Below, in pieces: positions 21,183 through 31,432 of a stretch of 64,000 bases of DNA (its first letter is position 1; each line of letters begins with the position of its first letter). The notes beneath the pieces are model-generated. The model was given only the letters and a program-made list of their open reading frames with translations. It made no database searches and was not told the DNA's origin. The position numbers were made by a program, and so were the translations under genes. This DNA is from Sulfurimonas sp. RIFCSPLOWO2_12_36_12. Its GTDB lineage: Bacteria; Campylobacterota; Campylobacteria; Campylobacterales; Sulfurimonadaceae. The stretch is from NCBI RefSeq assembly GCF_001829675.1, contig NZ_MIBZ01000065.1. One strand, given 5' to 3'.

Positions 21183-21929
21183 ATGTCTCTGCAAATAGGC
21201 TGGAACTACTTTCCGCTTGAGGAGATTGCAATAGAGAGCGACACTTTTTGCAGCTCTTTAAATGGGCTTCGCATTGTCCAGCTCTCAGATTTGCATCTTA
21301 CAAAAGATGTCAAAATTGACTATCTTAAAAAGCTTGTAAAAAAAATCAATAATATAAAACCTGACCTTGTCCTCTTTAGCGGAGATATTCTTCAAACCTC
21401 TGCTGTTAACTTAAGGGAACATATAAAATGTTTTAAAGATTTAGAAGCCCCCTCCTACTATGTCACGGGCAATCACGATATCGTTTATGGACCAAAACAT
21501 CTTCAAGAGATTATGCATGAGAGCGGAGTTATATGTTTGGATAATAAAATAGCGGAGATAGAGATTAAAGGCTCTCTTTTGCAGCTAGTCGGCTTAAGCG
21601 ATAGATATGGCTTTATGCGTGGAATCAAGAGACCTATCAAAGAGCTCTTCTGCAAACTAAATCCGGATATATCAACGATACTTCTTACACACCAGCCAAA
21701 AGATATTCTACATGTAGATAATTTTCGCGTTGATATTCAACTAAGTGGGCATACCCATGGCGGGCAAATCTACCCCCTAACTATTATCGTAAAATATTTT
21801 CAGCCATATATATCTGGACTATACAGGTATAAAAACACTCTTTTGTATGTAACAAGAGGATTGGGATATTGGGGCGTAAGGGTTAGATATAAGGCACCAA
21901 GTGAAATACCGATTTTTACCATCAATTAA
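21183..21929 (+). CDS. metallophosphoesterase (YkuE/YaeI-like)
   Basis: 248 aa with 'SDLHL', 'SGDI', 'GNHD' and 'GHTHGGQ'. Confidence 0.88.
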   Translation: MSLQIGWNYFPLEEIAIESDTFCSSLNGLRIVQLSDLHLTKDVKIDYLKKLVKKINNIKPDLVLFSGDILQTSAVNLREHIKCFKDLEAPSYYVTGNHDIVYGPKHLQEIMHESGVICLDNKIAEIEIKGSLLQLVGLSDRYGFMRGIKRPIKELFCKLNPDISTILLTHQPKDILHVDNFRVDIQLSGHTHGGQIYPLTIIVKYFQPYISGLYRYKNTLLYVTRGLGYWGVRVRYKAPSEIPIFTIN

Positions 21930-21972
21930 CATAACAGTAGTATAATTTTTAATTACTTAATTAGGAAAAAAA

Positions 21973-22443
21973 ATGAATAAATTTTTAGTAGCTTTAACTC
22001 TCAGCGTTGCAGTTTTAAGTGCGGCTCCACTTAAAATAGACTCTCCGCTTAGTATCTTGGAGAGTTTTAAATATGAGACGCCGCAAGGGCGACAGATGAA
22101 AATTCCAAACAAAACAAAGTTGGTTATAGTTGCTTTTGAAAAAGATACGGGAGCTCTTGTTAATGAGTATCTAAACACCCAAAGTCCATTCTATCTTCCA
22201 AAAAATAACACTATTTTTATTGCCGACATAAACAAGATGCCTGCAATCGTTACTAACATGTTTGCGTTGCCTAAACTTCAAAAATATAAACATCTTATAT
22301 ATCTGCATTACAGCGATAAACTACAAGATGCAGTGCCTAACAAAGAGCAGAAAATCACCCTTCTTCGTGTTGAGGATTCAAAAATAAAAGAGATATCTTA
22401 TATCTCGACCGTACTAGAACTCAAAACAGCGATTGAGAAGTGA
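21973..22443 (+). CDS. secreted hypothetical protein, first gene of the ABC/HCO-like operon
   Basis: 156 aa with signal peptide 'MNKFLVALTLSVAVLSA'. Its stop overlaps the GTG start of the permease. Confidence 0.5.
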   Translation: MNKFLVALTLSVAVLSAAPLKIDSPLSILESFKYETPQGRQMKIPNKTKLVIVAFEKDTGALVNEYLNTQSPFYLPKNNTIFIADINKMPAIVTNMFALPKLQKYKHLIYLHYSDKLQDAVPNKEQKITLLRVEDSKIKEISYISTVLELKTAIEK

Positions 22444-23513
22444 TAGCGCTAAAAGCACTAAGCAAAAATCCTTTTAAAAGTCTGTTGATATTTTCATCTA
22501 TTACCATTGCGGTAATGGCTATTTTCCTCATAAGCTCGGTTTCACAGGGCGTAATCGGAATGTACTCAAAGATGATTAAAACAGATGGGGATATTATAAT
22601 TACCCAAAAAGGCATCTCTGATACTTTTTTCTCAAATGTTGATATCTCTTTGCTGGAGAAAATAGATAAGCTGGAACATGTAACCTCAAGTTATGCCATG
22701 ATTGTCGGAGCTTCTCCTATCGGGCATATCCCGATAGCCGGTATTTACGGAACAACAGCCAACCACTTTTCTCACTATAAGCTCTCAAGCGGAAAGTACC
22801 CTAAAGAGGGAGAGGTGATTTTAGGAGCAAATCTGGCTAAGCAGTTTGCAACAGTAGGTGTAAATATAGGAAATAAGCGTTTTAGAATCTCTGGAGTTTA
22901 CAGCAGTGATATAGGCTTCGAGGAGGGCGGCGTTGTTATGAACATAGAAGATGCCGGAGTGCTTTTTAACCGCTCGGCTTCTTTTATTTTAGTCTCTTCT
23001 GATTCGCCCAATAAAATAGATAATATTGTAAAAAAAATCTCCGGCATGGATAGCGCTATAGAGGTAAAAACTACAAAAAACTTTGTAAAAGAGTACAACC
23101 AGTTTAAAATCATTGAAAATTCATCATTTGTTATCTCTACGCTTGCTTTTGCAATGGGTCTGATGGGGATTGCCTCAGTCATGAGTATGATTGTGAACTC
23201 TCGCAAAGAGGAGTTTGGCATTATGCGAGCACTTGGCAAAAGCCGGTTTTTTATCATAAAAAATCTCTTTTTTGAGACACTTATAATGAGTCTTTCGGCT
23301 TATCTTTTTGCCCTTGTTCTTAGCCTCGGAATTTTAGCTATGCTTCCGCACATAGAGATGTTGCAGGGGTATGTAAACGGCACGCTATCGCTCTCAACTG
23401 CTCTGTATGTTTTAGCTTCAACGCTCTTTATGGCGCTTTTAGGCTCGCTCATTCCCGCATGGATAGCTTCAAAAACAGACCCGATACTTTTAATAAATCA
23501 AGGATGTGCATGA
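22440..23513 (+). CDS. ABC transporter permease, FtsX/MacB type
   Basis: 357 aa. TM1, a large extracytoplasmic loop, then a C-terminal 3-TM FtsX domain ('R..E.GI.RALG'). Confidence 0.85.
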   Translation: MIALKALSKNPFKSLLIFSSITIAVMAIFLISSVSQGVIGMYSKMIKTDGDIIITQKGISDTFFSNVDISLLEKIDKLEHVTSSYAMIVGASPIGHIPIAGIYGTTANHFSHYKLSSGKYPKEGEVILGANLAKQFATVGVNIGNKRFRISGVYSSDIGFEEGGVVMNIEDAGVLFNRSASFILVSSDSPNKIDNIVKKISGMDSAIEVKTTKNFVKEYNQFKIIENSSFVISTLAFAMGLMGIASVMSMIVNSRKEEFGIMRALGKSRFFIIKNLFFETLIMSLSAYLFALVLSLGILAMLPHIEMLQGYVNGTLSLSTALYVLASTLFMALLGSLIPAWIASKTDPILLINQGCA

Positions 23514-24133
23514 TAAAAGCGTCTAATATTTCACATTTTTACGGGGCAGAGCAGGTGTTATACAACCTCTCATTTGAGATTAAAGAGGGTGGATTTGTTT
23601 TTTTAAGCGGAGAGAGCGGAAGCGGTAAATCAACACTTCTCTCAATTCTCTCAACGCTCTTAAAACCCTCAAGCGGAGAGCTTTTGATAGATGAGGTGTC
23701 AATTGATAAAATTAAAAATATAGACAGTTTTCGCCAAAACAGGATAGGTTTTGTTTTTCAGTTTCACTATCTCATAAACTATCTAAGTGTTTATGAAAAC
23801 ATAGCTCTGGCAGCACTGGAAGAGAAAAAACAGAACATAAACAAAATACTCGAAGAGCTTGGAATTTTGGAATTCTCATCTCGTTACCCAAATGAGATTT
23901 CAGGCGGTCAAAGACAGCGTGTTGCCGTAGCCAGAGCACTTGTAAACGAGCCAAAAATCATCTTTGCGGATGAGCCGACCGGCAGTTTGGATTCTAAAAA
24001 CAGCACAATAGTGTATGAACTGCTGCGTGAGGCGGTAAAAAATGGAACAACCGTCGTGGTCGCTTCTCATGATATGCAGATAGAAAGTTATGCAACACAA
24101 ATTATAAGGCTTAAAGATGGACAAATTTTATAA
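23510..24133 (+). CDS. ABC transporter ATP-binding protein
   Basis: Walker A 'GESGSGKST', signature 'ISGGQRQRVAVARAL' and Walker B 'IIFADEPT'. I prefer the ATG at 23510 (ATGA overlap with the permease stop) over the track start at 23459. Confidence 0.9.
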   Translation: MIKASNISHFYGAEQVLYNLSFEIKEGGFVFLSGESGSGKSTLLSILSTLLKPSSGELLIDEVSIDKIKNIDSFRQNRIGFVFQFHYLINYLSVYENIALAALEEKKQNINKILEELGILEFSSRYPNEISGGQRQRVAVARALVNEPKIIFADEPTGSLDSKNSTIVYELLREAVKNGTTVVVASHDMQIESYATQIIRLKDGQIL

Positions 24134-25658
24134 ATTAATAGAGCAGGTTATGCCTATTTGGGCTTTTATATTTCTTGGCTCTATTTTGGCTGGTGCAATT
24201 TATGGGGCACAGATGTTGGGATTTTCCTCTTTGGACAACACGCTTCTAAATGCTCCGACTGCTAGGTCGCTCCACATAACGCTAATGCTTTACGGACCGA
24301 TTATGCTTGCTTTGTCTCTGCTTCCGTTTGCCCTTTTTGCAAAGGATAAATTAGATTTAAGCGAGGCAGTAGAGCCGTTAAAGAACTACTTTTTGTTATG
24401 GCATCTGTTTCTTTTTATGGCTGTTGTCTCTATCTCTTTGGGAGCCCAGAGAGGTTTGCCTTTTTATGATTTTGCATATGAACTAAACTTTATACTTGCA
24501 GCTTCGGGCATATTTTATATTATTGCAATTTTTAAGAGTATTAAGCATTATGAAATCACACCGCTTTGGGTAAAGGTTTCAAAAGTACTTCTTTTTGTAG
24601 CACCTTTGGCTCTTTTGGTTTTGATGAATCCGACTTACGGGCAGGTTGAAAAGACACTTATCGGACCTCATGGAGACAATACTCTTGGGATGAGTTTTAC
24701 GCTGATTCCTCTCTTTTATCTTATGATAAAACTGCACACAAAAGAGAATTTTATTCCAAAGTGGCATATCTTTTGGATTCTTCCGTTAGCGGGATATGCT
24801 CTCTCCGTCGCAACACGCATATTTATAGGGGAGCTTTCATACAATGAAGAGTGGGTTTATCAATGGCTGACTTTTGCTTATGCTCCGCTTCTGATTAAGT
24901 GGTACAAAGATGCAAAAATAACATACAGACAAAATCCCTATCTTCTCATCTCAATCTGGGCATTTTTGTTTGTAATGATTCAAGGAAATATACTTTTTAT
25001 CCCTGAAATCCGTTGGCCATTCCATAGAAATGATTTGATTGTCGCTCATGCGCATGTCGCTATCGGGCTTGGTATATTTTTTATGTCGCTAAGTATTTTA
25101 AAATATTTTTATAAACTTCCGGAAAAATTTATACATTTTTGGCTTTTAGTAATCGGACTTATTTTTGTTTCTCTCTCTCTTGCCGGTTTTGATGAAGCCG
25201 CTGTTTTTGCAGTCGATGTAATTTTTATGTGGCAGATTCGTCTTATCGCTGGGATAGTTGCTGTTATTGGTTTGACCTACTACATTGTAAAAAAGATGAA
25301 AATTGCCAGATTGTCTAGGCTTCAGTTCTACCATCTAAACGGTTTTTTATCTGATGGCTTGGGTGCGTTGATACTCTTCTTGTCAGCGCCGCTGCTGTTT
25401 GAGTTTTTAGGACTCTCCTTTAGCCCGTACTACTATCTGGTATTTGGGTTTATGGGATTTGTAGGTATTTTACATCTGATAGGAGTAACAAAAGAGGCGC
25501 ACTTTTTGGCATATTTGACATCAATCGCACGCCTCATTACGGGAACAGTTTTCTTTTCTCTCTTTTATTTGGGAACAATAGACTCTCTAGGCTTGCTTGT
25601 AGGGTTTTATGACATCTCGTATGCTCTCTTGTATCTTATTTTTAGAAGCCGTCTATGA
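24117..25658 (+). CDS. polytopic membrane protein (about 14 TM) with heme-copper-oxidase subunit I-like histidine motifs; function unknown
   Basis: 513 aa. 'ARSLHITLMLYGP' and 'IVAHAHVAIGLGIFF' resemble the helix II His and helix X HxH of the NorB encoded in this same window. Confidence 0.6.
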   Translation: MDKFYKLIEQVMPIWAFIFLGSILAGAIYGAQMLGFSSLDNTLLNAPTARSLHITLMLYGPIMLALSLLPFALFAKDKLDLSEAVEPLKNYFLLWHLFLFMAVVSISLGAQRGLPFYDFAYELNFILAASGIFYIIAIFKSIKHYEITPLWVKVSKVLLFVAPLALLVLMNPTYGQVEKTLIGPHGDNTLGMSFTLIPLFYLMIKLHTKENFIPKWHIFWILPLAGYALSVATRIFIGELSYNEEWVYQWLTFAYAPLLIKWYKDAKITYRQNPYLLISIWAFLFVMIQGNILFIPEIRWPFHRNDLIVAHAHVAIGLGIFFMSLSILKYFYKLPEKFIHFWLLVIGLIFVSLSLAGFDEAAVFAVDVIFMWQIRLIAGIVAVIGLTYYIVKKMKIARLSRLQFYHLNGFLSDGLGALILFLSAPLLFEFLGLSFSPYYYLVFGFMGFVGILHLIGVTKEAHFLAYLTSIARLITGTVFFSLFYLGTIDSLGLLVGFYDISYALLYLIFRSRL

Positions 25659-26563
25659 CACACTCTTTAGCACTGGTTTTACTTCTTGGATTTGAGTTAA
25701 GCTACTATCTTTTAATAGTTCAAACAGGAATAGCCGGACACTACAATTCTGATTTGATAACACTTTTTCCAATGTTTGCGGGCGGTGTTTTGGGAACTTT
25801 TTTGGGTGGAAGATCTTGGGGTGCGATAAATAATCCAATTCATAAAATAATGATTGCCTTGGCTCTACAGTTAGGGCTATCGTTTCTTTATCCAAATTAC
25901 AATGTTTTTACTCTGCTGCTCTTGGGTATTGCGGTCGGTGTTATGGCTCCTTTGGGAATATATCTTTTTAAAGCAAAACAGCAAAAAGAGCTTCTGCTTG
26001 CACTTGCAATAGCCTATACGACAGGTACATTCTTTTTTACATCCGTAGTGGATGATAGATTGTGGATGGCAGTTCTTTTTACTTCAATTACGCTTCTTAG
26101 TGTTTTTATACTTAAAGATTATAGAGTTGAAACGGATGCCAAGGTAGTCTCACACTCGTTTTTATCATATACCCCGTTAATGTTATGGATACTTCTGGAT
26201 TCAAATCTTTTTGAAACACTCGCTCGTCATGCGAGTTTGGATATCTGGTCAAAATATACATTTATTATAATTACATTTCATCTGCTTGGGCTGATTGCGT
26301 CCTACTTTACGCGTACATCAAAGATAAAACAGCATATCTTTATAGCATTTCTCTTCATAGGAAGCTATACATTCTCTTATTTTGAGTATCCAATTGCTTT
26401 GGCTATGATATACCCTTTTGTAATCTCATACTACAATGTTGTCGTCTTTACGACACTGAGCCAAGAGATGAGTGTATCAAAGCTTTCATTTATGATGATT
26501 TTTGTCGGTTGGATAGCTTCAGGGCTTGGTTTAGCAATTGCACTTTCAAAACTTCTACATTAA
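25655..26563 (+). CDS. polytopic membrane protein, unknown function
   Basis: 302 aa, roughly 8-10 hydrophobic segments. ATGA-type 4-nt overlap with the upstream gene. Confidence 0.6.
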   Translation: MTHSLALVLLLGFELSYYLLIVQTGIAGHYNSDLITLFPMFAGGVLGTFLGGRSWGAINNPIHKIMIALALQLGLSFLYPNYNVFTLLLLGIAVGVMAPLGIYLFKAKQQKELLLALAIAYTTGTFFFTSVVDDRLWMAVLFTSITLLSVFILKDYRVETDAKVVSHSFLSYTPLMLWILLDSNLFETLARHASLDIWSKYTFIIITFHLLGLIASYFTRTSKIKQHIFIAFLFIGSYTFSYFEYPIALAMIYPFVISYYNVVVFTTLSQEMSVSKLSFMMIFVGWIASGLGLAIALSKLLH

Positions 26564-26612
26564 AATAAAATATATGTTAGAATTGTGCCATTTTATATAA
26601 TAAGGATTTACG

Positions 26613-27137
26613 ATGAAAAAAATATTAGTTGGATTACTTTTGACCCTTCCTCTTTTTGCTATTAATTTAGAGTTAAAGAGCGGTTCTGTCGCTGCACACA
26701 CAGAGATGATGATGGATAGTACGATTGATCCAAAAAATGACGCTTTGAAAGCCGATATAAGCATAAACAACAATGACATAGCAACCATAAAAGGAAAATT
26801 CTGGGTTGAGACGGGTCTCTTTAAAAGTGATAAGAGCGATAGAGATAAGAGTATGTATAAAGATATTGAAGCAGATAAATTTAAATTGGCTACATATACT
26901 GTCTCAAGCGTAAAAAAAGCAGATGGTCAAGATAGCTATATTATTGAGGGTGTCTTGAATTTTCATGGAAAAGAGAAGCAACTTAGTGCAAAGGCTAAGA
27001 TAACAACGATAGACGGCAGTTTGAGCATCAATGCCGCTTCAATGATTTTAATGAGTGATTATGGCATTAAAATGCCGTGTATGGTCTTTATGTGTGTTCG
27101 TGACAGGGTAGATCTTTTAATAGATGCCAAATTTTAA
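26613..27137 (+). CDS. YceI-family periplasmic (polyisoprenoid/lipid-binding) protein
   Basis: 174 aa, signal peptide. 'F.S.K..RD..M......FE..K...A.F......G.L..HG' is the YceI-like layout. Confidence 0.75.
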   Translation: MKKILVGLLLTLPLFAINLELKSGSVAAHTEMMMDSTIDPKNDALKADISINNNDIATIKGKFWVETGLFKSDKSDRDKSMYKDIEADKFKLATYTVSSVKKADGQDSYIIEGVLNFHGKEKQLSAKAKITTIDGSLSINAASMILMSDYGIKMPCMVFMCVRDRVDLLIDAKF

Positions 27138-27172
27138 AGACTTTTGCGACATATATTTTATTGTAAACAATT

Positions 27173-28357
27173 TTACATTTTAGGAATGCGCGGTATTTTA
27201 TTTAATTTTGAGAGTTTATAATAGATGCCCCATCCCTTTTTAAGCCAGTGCCCTACAACAGGCAGCGGGATTATAAAATCTTTTGAATCATCTCTATAAA
27301 TTAAAGAAGCGCCATCTCCGGTGTCCATCACACAAAGAATATTTATATGCTCCCTGTAGCCTTTGAACTCATCTTTGTTGTTATCTTTTTGCATAATATT
27401 AAAAGCTACATTTCTTGCCATAACTTCGGCGACATGCCCCTGTTTTGCTCTCCATGGAGCTCCATCAAGAGCCGCTATATCGCCAATCGCATATATATTG
27501 CTTGATTCATTTGAGTCTTGAAGCCTAACTTGACAAAAATCATCAATTGTAATAAATCCAGCTTCATTTGTCGGCAAATCCGAGTTTCTTACGAGGTCGT
27601 GCCCGTCTCCTGCGGGAGTAAATATTGTAAAATCTGATTCTAATTTGGAGTCGTCTTCAAATATAATACCGTCCTCTTCAAAGCGTTTTATATTTTTACC
27701 GATGTGCTGTTTTATATTTAGTTTTTTTAAAAAAATATTTAAAGTTTTAAGAGCTTTTGGACCCATCTTCTTTCCAGGGTCGGGCATCGGTGCAAAAAAT
27801 GTCAGTTCAAAATTATCCCTAATACCTTTTTTCTTTAACATGTTATGAACATTAAAAAGCAGCTCAAATGTAGGACCGCCGCGAACCGCAGATGTATCAT
27901 TAGGGTTGTTGCCAAAACCAAAATAGATTTTTCCGGAGCCTTTTTTTATAAGGGCATCAATTTTATCCCGTATTAGAAGCGATTGTTCAGGAGCTCCACA
28001 GATGGAGAGGGTATTTTCAAGACCATCATGTTTGATTTTAGAACTGCCCATCGCTAAAATTACATGTGAAAAGTTACTTAAAATTTTTTTGCTTTTTAGC
28101 GTATAACTACCGCTCTTTACATCTATTTTTTCAACACTATCTATTATAAGATTAAATCCGTGGATATCTTTTAACTTATCTAAATCAATACAGGCATCAG
28201 AAAAATCAATCTCCCTTGTAGGTATCCATATTGAAGTAGGATAAACATAGAGGTAATTTCTATCGCTTACCAGTGTTACATCGTAAGCAGCTTTTCTTAA
28301 AAATATAGCTGCTTCTAAGCCGGCAAATCCACCGCCCAGTATAAGAACGCTTTTCAC
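27173..28357 (-). CDS. FAD-dependent pyridine nucleotide-disulfide oxidoreductase, sulfide:quinone oxidoreductase-like
   Basis: 394 aa with 'VLILGGGFAGLEAA' and 'IYAIGDIA'. Candidate redox Cys in 'SICGAPE' and 'LCVMDTGDGA', placed as in SQRs. Confidence 0.6.
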   Translation of the reverse strand: MKSVLILGGGFAGLEAAIFLRKAAYDVTLVSDRNYLYVYPTSIWIPTREIDFSDACIDLDKLKDIHGFNLIIDSVEKIDVKSGSYTLKSKKILSNFSHVILAMGSSKIKHDGLENTLSICGAPEQSLLIRDKIDALIKKGSGKIYFGFGNNPNDTSAVRGGPTFELLFNVHNMLKKKGIRDNFELTFFAPMPDPGKKMGPKALKTLNIFLKKLNIKQHIGKNIKRFEEDGIIFEDDSKLESDFTIFTPAGDGHDLVRNSDLPTNEAGFITIDDFCQVRLQDSNESSNIYAIGDIAALDGAPWRAKQGHVAEVMARNVAFNIMQKDNNKDEFKGYREHINILCVMDTGDGASLIYRDDSKDFIIPLPVVGHWLKKGWGIYYKLSKLNKIPRIPKM

Positions 28358-28515
28358 AAAATCCCTCGCATAATATTATTTGATAAGAAATATTACTACA
28401 GATGATGTTAAAATATCGTTAAATATCTTTATAATCTAGAATTTTATAACATCTTAATTTGTATCAATATTTCTTTACTAGGTTAATGTATAATAATATT
28501 ACTAATTATGTAAGG

Positions 28516-29223
28516 ATGATGATGTTTAAATTAATAATAGTCGGGTTTTTAATGCTGCTTAACTTGGAGGCTAGCACTGATGAGGCGCTTAAAGCTTTTA
28601 AGAATAAAGATTATGCAACAGCTTTTAGGTTATATGAAAAAAGCGCAATAGAGGGTGATGCAAAGGCTCAAAGCGCACTTAGTTATCTATTTTCAAATGG
28701 ATTAGGTACTAAACAAGACTCAACAAAGGCGATGTTTTGGCTTGAAAAAGCGGCAAAAGGCGCCAATTCCACGGCTCAATATGATTTGGGTATGATGTAT
28801 TTGAGCGGATACAAGGTAGAAAAAGACAGTAAAAAGGCTTTTGAGCTTCTAAGCAAATCAGCTGAACAAAATAATCCCAATGCCCAGTATAATCTCTCTC
28901 TTATGTACTACAACGGTGATACGGTAGATTTAAATGTAACAAAAGCTGCCCAGTTGCTAGAGAGTGCGGCAAATCAGGGTCATAAAGTTGCCGAACAGAA
29001 TATAGGCCGCGTATATATGCAGCTTTTAAAGTTTGAAGAAGCATCTAAGTGGCTTGAAAAAAATGCCGCAAATGGAGATGATAGCGCTTACTATTTTTTA
29101 GCAGAGGTTTATTGTCAGCTAGAAGAGTTTAAAAAAGCAAAAGAGTGGGCGCAAAAAGCTATTGATACTGGAAACAAAGAGGCTAAGCTGCTTTATGAAA
29201 AGCATGAGCTGCAGAAATATTGA
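28516..29223 (+). CDS. Sel1-repeat (SLR/TPR-like) secreted protein
   Basis: Repeats of 'A...Y..SA..G...AQ..LG.MY..G.GV..D..KA' with signal peptide 'MMMFKLIIVGFLMLLNLEA'. Start is probably one of the ATGs at 28516-28524 rather than the TTG at 28459. Confidence 0.8.
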   Translation: MMMFKLIIVGFLMLLNLEASTDEALKAFKNKDYATAFRLYEKSAIEGDAKAQSALSYLFSNGLGTKQDSTKAMFWLEKAAKGANSTAQYDLGMMYLSGYKVEKDSKKAFELLSKSAEQNNPNAQYNLSLMYYNGDTVDLNVTKAAQLLESAANQGHKVAEQNIGRVYMQLLKFEEASKWLEKNAANGDDSAYYFLAEVYCQLEEFKKAKEWAQKAIDTGNKEAKLLYEKHELQKY

Positions 29224-29226
29224 TAA

Positions 29227-29916
29227 TTAAACAGGAACTATTTTATATCCGGAGCCGTAGATATTGTAAATTATATCATTTGGTAACTTCACGCGTATTC
29301 GTTTCATAAGAGATGTTATGGCGTGAATTGAAAACTCTTTTTCATCTTTACCCTCATGAAGATAATCAAAAATCTCTTTTGCTCCAAAGCAGTGATTTGG
29401 CTCGGAAAACAGCAATTTAAGCAGTAGATTTTCCATTTTTCTTAATTTAATCTCTTTTGAATTTCCCCAAAGAGTATTTGTATCATTATCCCAGTAGATG
29501 GTATCAGTTACATAAGTACGGTTTGTTGTTTTTCTTATAAGCTCTACGGTTTCAAGCAAAACATTTTTTAGCGTATCATTTTTTATCGGTTTTATCAGAT
29601 AACTCTCAAGATGCAGTTTGATTGCTTGAAGAAGTTTTTCCTGTTCAGAGTGAGCGCTCATAACTATTATTTTTGTATCTTTATCATGCTCTCTTATTTT
29701 AGCAATCATATCTAAGCCGTCAAGATTTGGCATACTAATATCTGTTAAAATAATATTTGGTCTCTTTTGTTGATAGATATCATATGCTTCATTTCCGCAT
29801 GCCGCAGAGTAGACTCTATTAAAAAAGAGTTGTAAATATTCGCATAGCATTTCGCGCAGTTCCGCTTCATCTTCAGCCAGTAAAATCGATATATCTCTAA
29901 TTTTTTCAGTTTTCAT
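29227..29916 (-). CDS. response regulator with OmpR-like winged-helix output
   Basis: 229 aa. Receiver domain 'ILLAEDE', 'ILTDISMPNLDG', 'SAHSE' and 'YL.KP'. C-terminal 'L.KRIRVKL......I.NIYGSGYKI'. Confidence 0.85.
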   Translation of the reverse strand: MKTEKIRDISILLAEDEAELREMLCEYLQLFFNRVYSAACGNEAYDIYQQKRPNIILTDISMPNLDGLDMIAKIREHDKDTKIIVMSAHSEQEKLLQAIKLHLESYLIKPIKNDTLKNVLLETVELIRKTTNRTYVTDTIYWDNDTNTLWGNSKEIKLRKMENLLLKLLFSEPNHCFGAKEIFDYLHEGKDEKEFSIHAITSLMKRIRVKLPNDIIYNIYGSGYKIVPV

Positions 29917-31432
29917 TTTTTATCTTTATGATGAATTCGGCTCCAAGCTTTACATTATTACTATTGTAGATGTTTTTTGCGCTTAAACTCCCATTCATAT
30001 TCTCCTCTATAATCATTTTTGCTATATGTAAACCAAGACCGGTTCCCATTGATTTGTGTTTTGTCGTGAAGTATGGGTCAAATATTTTGCTTAAATTCTC
30101 GTCATTTATTCCTCCACAATTATCCGCTATTGTAAGAGTTGTGTATTCGTCATTTCTATATAGAGCAATTGTAATATTTGCATCTGCCAGATTTTTGGTT
30201 GTTATTAAATCATCTATATTAGATAAAATTGAAACAAGTACCTGAATAAACTCATTTATTAATCCATAAATCTTATATTCGCTATTAAGTAGAAGATTTA
30301 TCTTAACGCCTCTGTTATTTTGTTCCAAATTGACAATATCTAGTGCTTTTTCTACGGCTGTATTGATGCTAAACCAAGATTTTTGCTTGTCAGGACTGTA
30401 GTAGTTCATAAAGTCTTCTATTGTTTCAGACATATATGTTACTCGTTTTTCCATTTTTTCAAGTTTATCGTCAATTTCATCTTTGCTCAACACATCTGCT
30501 CTATTTTTTTCTTTGAGTATTGCCAGCGAAGTGTTGATAATTGCCAGAGGTTGACGCCATTGATGTGCAATATTTCCAATCATCTCGCCAATCTCTGCTC
30601 TTTTTGATTGTTCAAAGAGCAATAAATTTCGCTCTTTTATGGTGTGTTCTTTCCTTTGTAACTCGTCTATGGTGTCTATAAGTTCACGATTGTACTTCTC
30701 TTCTATATACAATCCGCAATCAAGATTTTTCATGTCTTTAATCAGTTCGCTGATATATTTTTTCTCTATTATAGAACCATGCTGAGGAGCTATTAAACTT
30801 ATATCAAGCTTTTCGATTTTACCAAGAGCATAATTGAAAATATCTTTGCTTGGCATATACTCCTGATGAAACTGTTTTGCTTTGTCAAAGTATGTCTCAT
30901 CTGCATAAAAATCCCAAGATTCGTCAATCCCTCCAAAAATATCACCTGAAAAAAGAGTTTTTGAGCTAGATTCATAACTTACAAATGCTCCGGGAGAGTG
31001 GCAGTATGGAGTAGTCAAAAAATCAAGTTTAAACCCACTAGCTGTTACTAATTTATTGTCATGTTTATCTATCTCATAGTAGCTTGAAGTTACCAAATAG
31101 TGCTTGATTAAAACCGACATTCTGGAGTGGGTTACAATTTGGAGGTCATCTCTGTTTATCAGTTTTTCTATCTCTGGTACTGCTGCTGCTAAATCAGGGT
31201 CTTGGTGATGCAGTATGATGTATTTTATAGATTTGATATCAATAATAGTTTTTACTTTTCTAACAGTTTCGCTAAACTCAATCATAGAGCCGGGGTCTAT
31301 GAGAATCGACTCGTCACCATTTTTTATCAAGTACGGGTGGCACTGAAATGGGTCATTTTTTAAGTGCATGCCAACCCAATAGATGTTTGGCGCTATTAGC
31401 ACTGCTTCCGAGGTATTAAGCTCTTTAGGCAT
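29906..31432 (-). CDS. soluble sensor histidine kinase with an N-terminal flavodiiron/ODP-like metallo-beta-lactamase domain
   Basis: N-half: 'IYWVG', 'ILHHQDPD', 'PYCHSPG', 'LFSGDIFG' and 'IAPQHG'. C-half: H-box 'IAHQWRQPL', 'DNCGGI' and 'GTGLGLHIAKMI'. No TM segment. Start is ATG 31432 (no overlap) or ATG 31471 (47-nt overlap with nirE). Confidence 0.8.
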   Translation of the reverse strand: MPKELNTSEAVLIAPNIYWVGMHLKNDPFQCHPYLIKNGDESILIDPGSMIEFSETVRKVKTIIDIKSIKYIILHHQDPDLAAAVPEIEKLINRDDLQIVTHSRMSVLIKHYLVTSSYYEIDKHDNKLVTASGFKLDFLTTPYCHSPGAFVSYESSSKTLFSGDIFGGIDESWDFYADETYFDKAKQFHQEYMPSKDIFNYALGKIEKLDISLIAPQHGSIIEKKYISELIKDMKNLDCGLYIEEKYNRELIDTIDELQRKEHTIKERNLLLFEQSKRAEIGEMIGNIAHQWRQPLAIINTSLAILKEKNRADVLSKDEIDDKLEKMEKRVTYMSETIEDFMNYYSPDKQKSWFSINTAVEKALDIVNLEQNNRGVKINLLLNSEYKIYGLINEFIQVLVSILSNIDDLITTKNLADANITIALYRNDEYTTLTIADNCGGINDENLSKIFDPYFTTKHKSMGTGLGLHIAKMIIEENMNGSLSAKNIYNSNNVKLGAEFIIKIKNEN

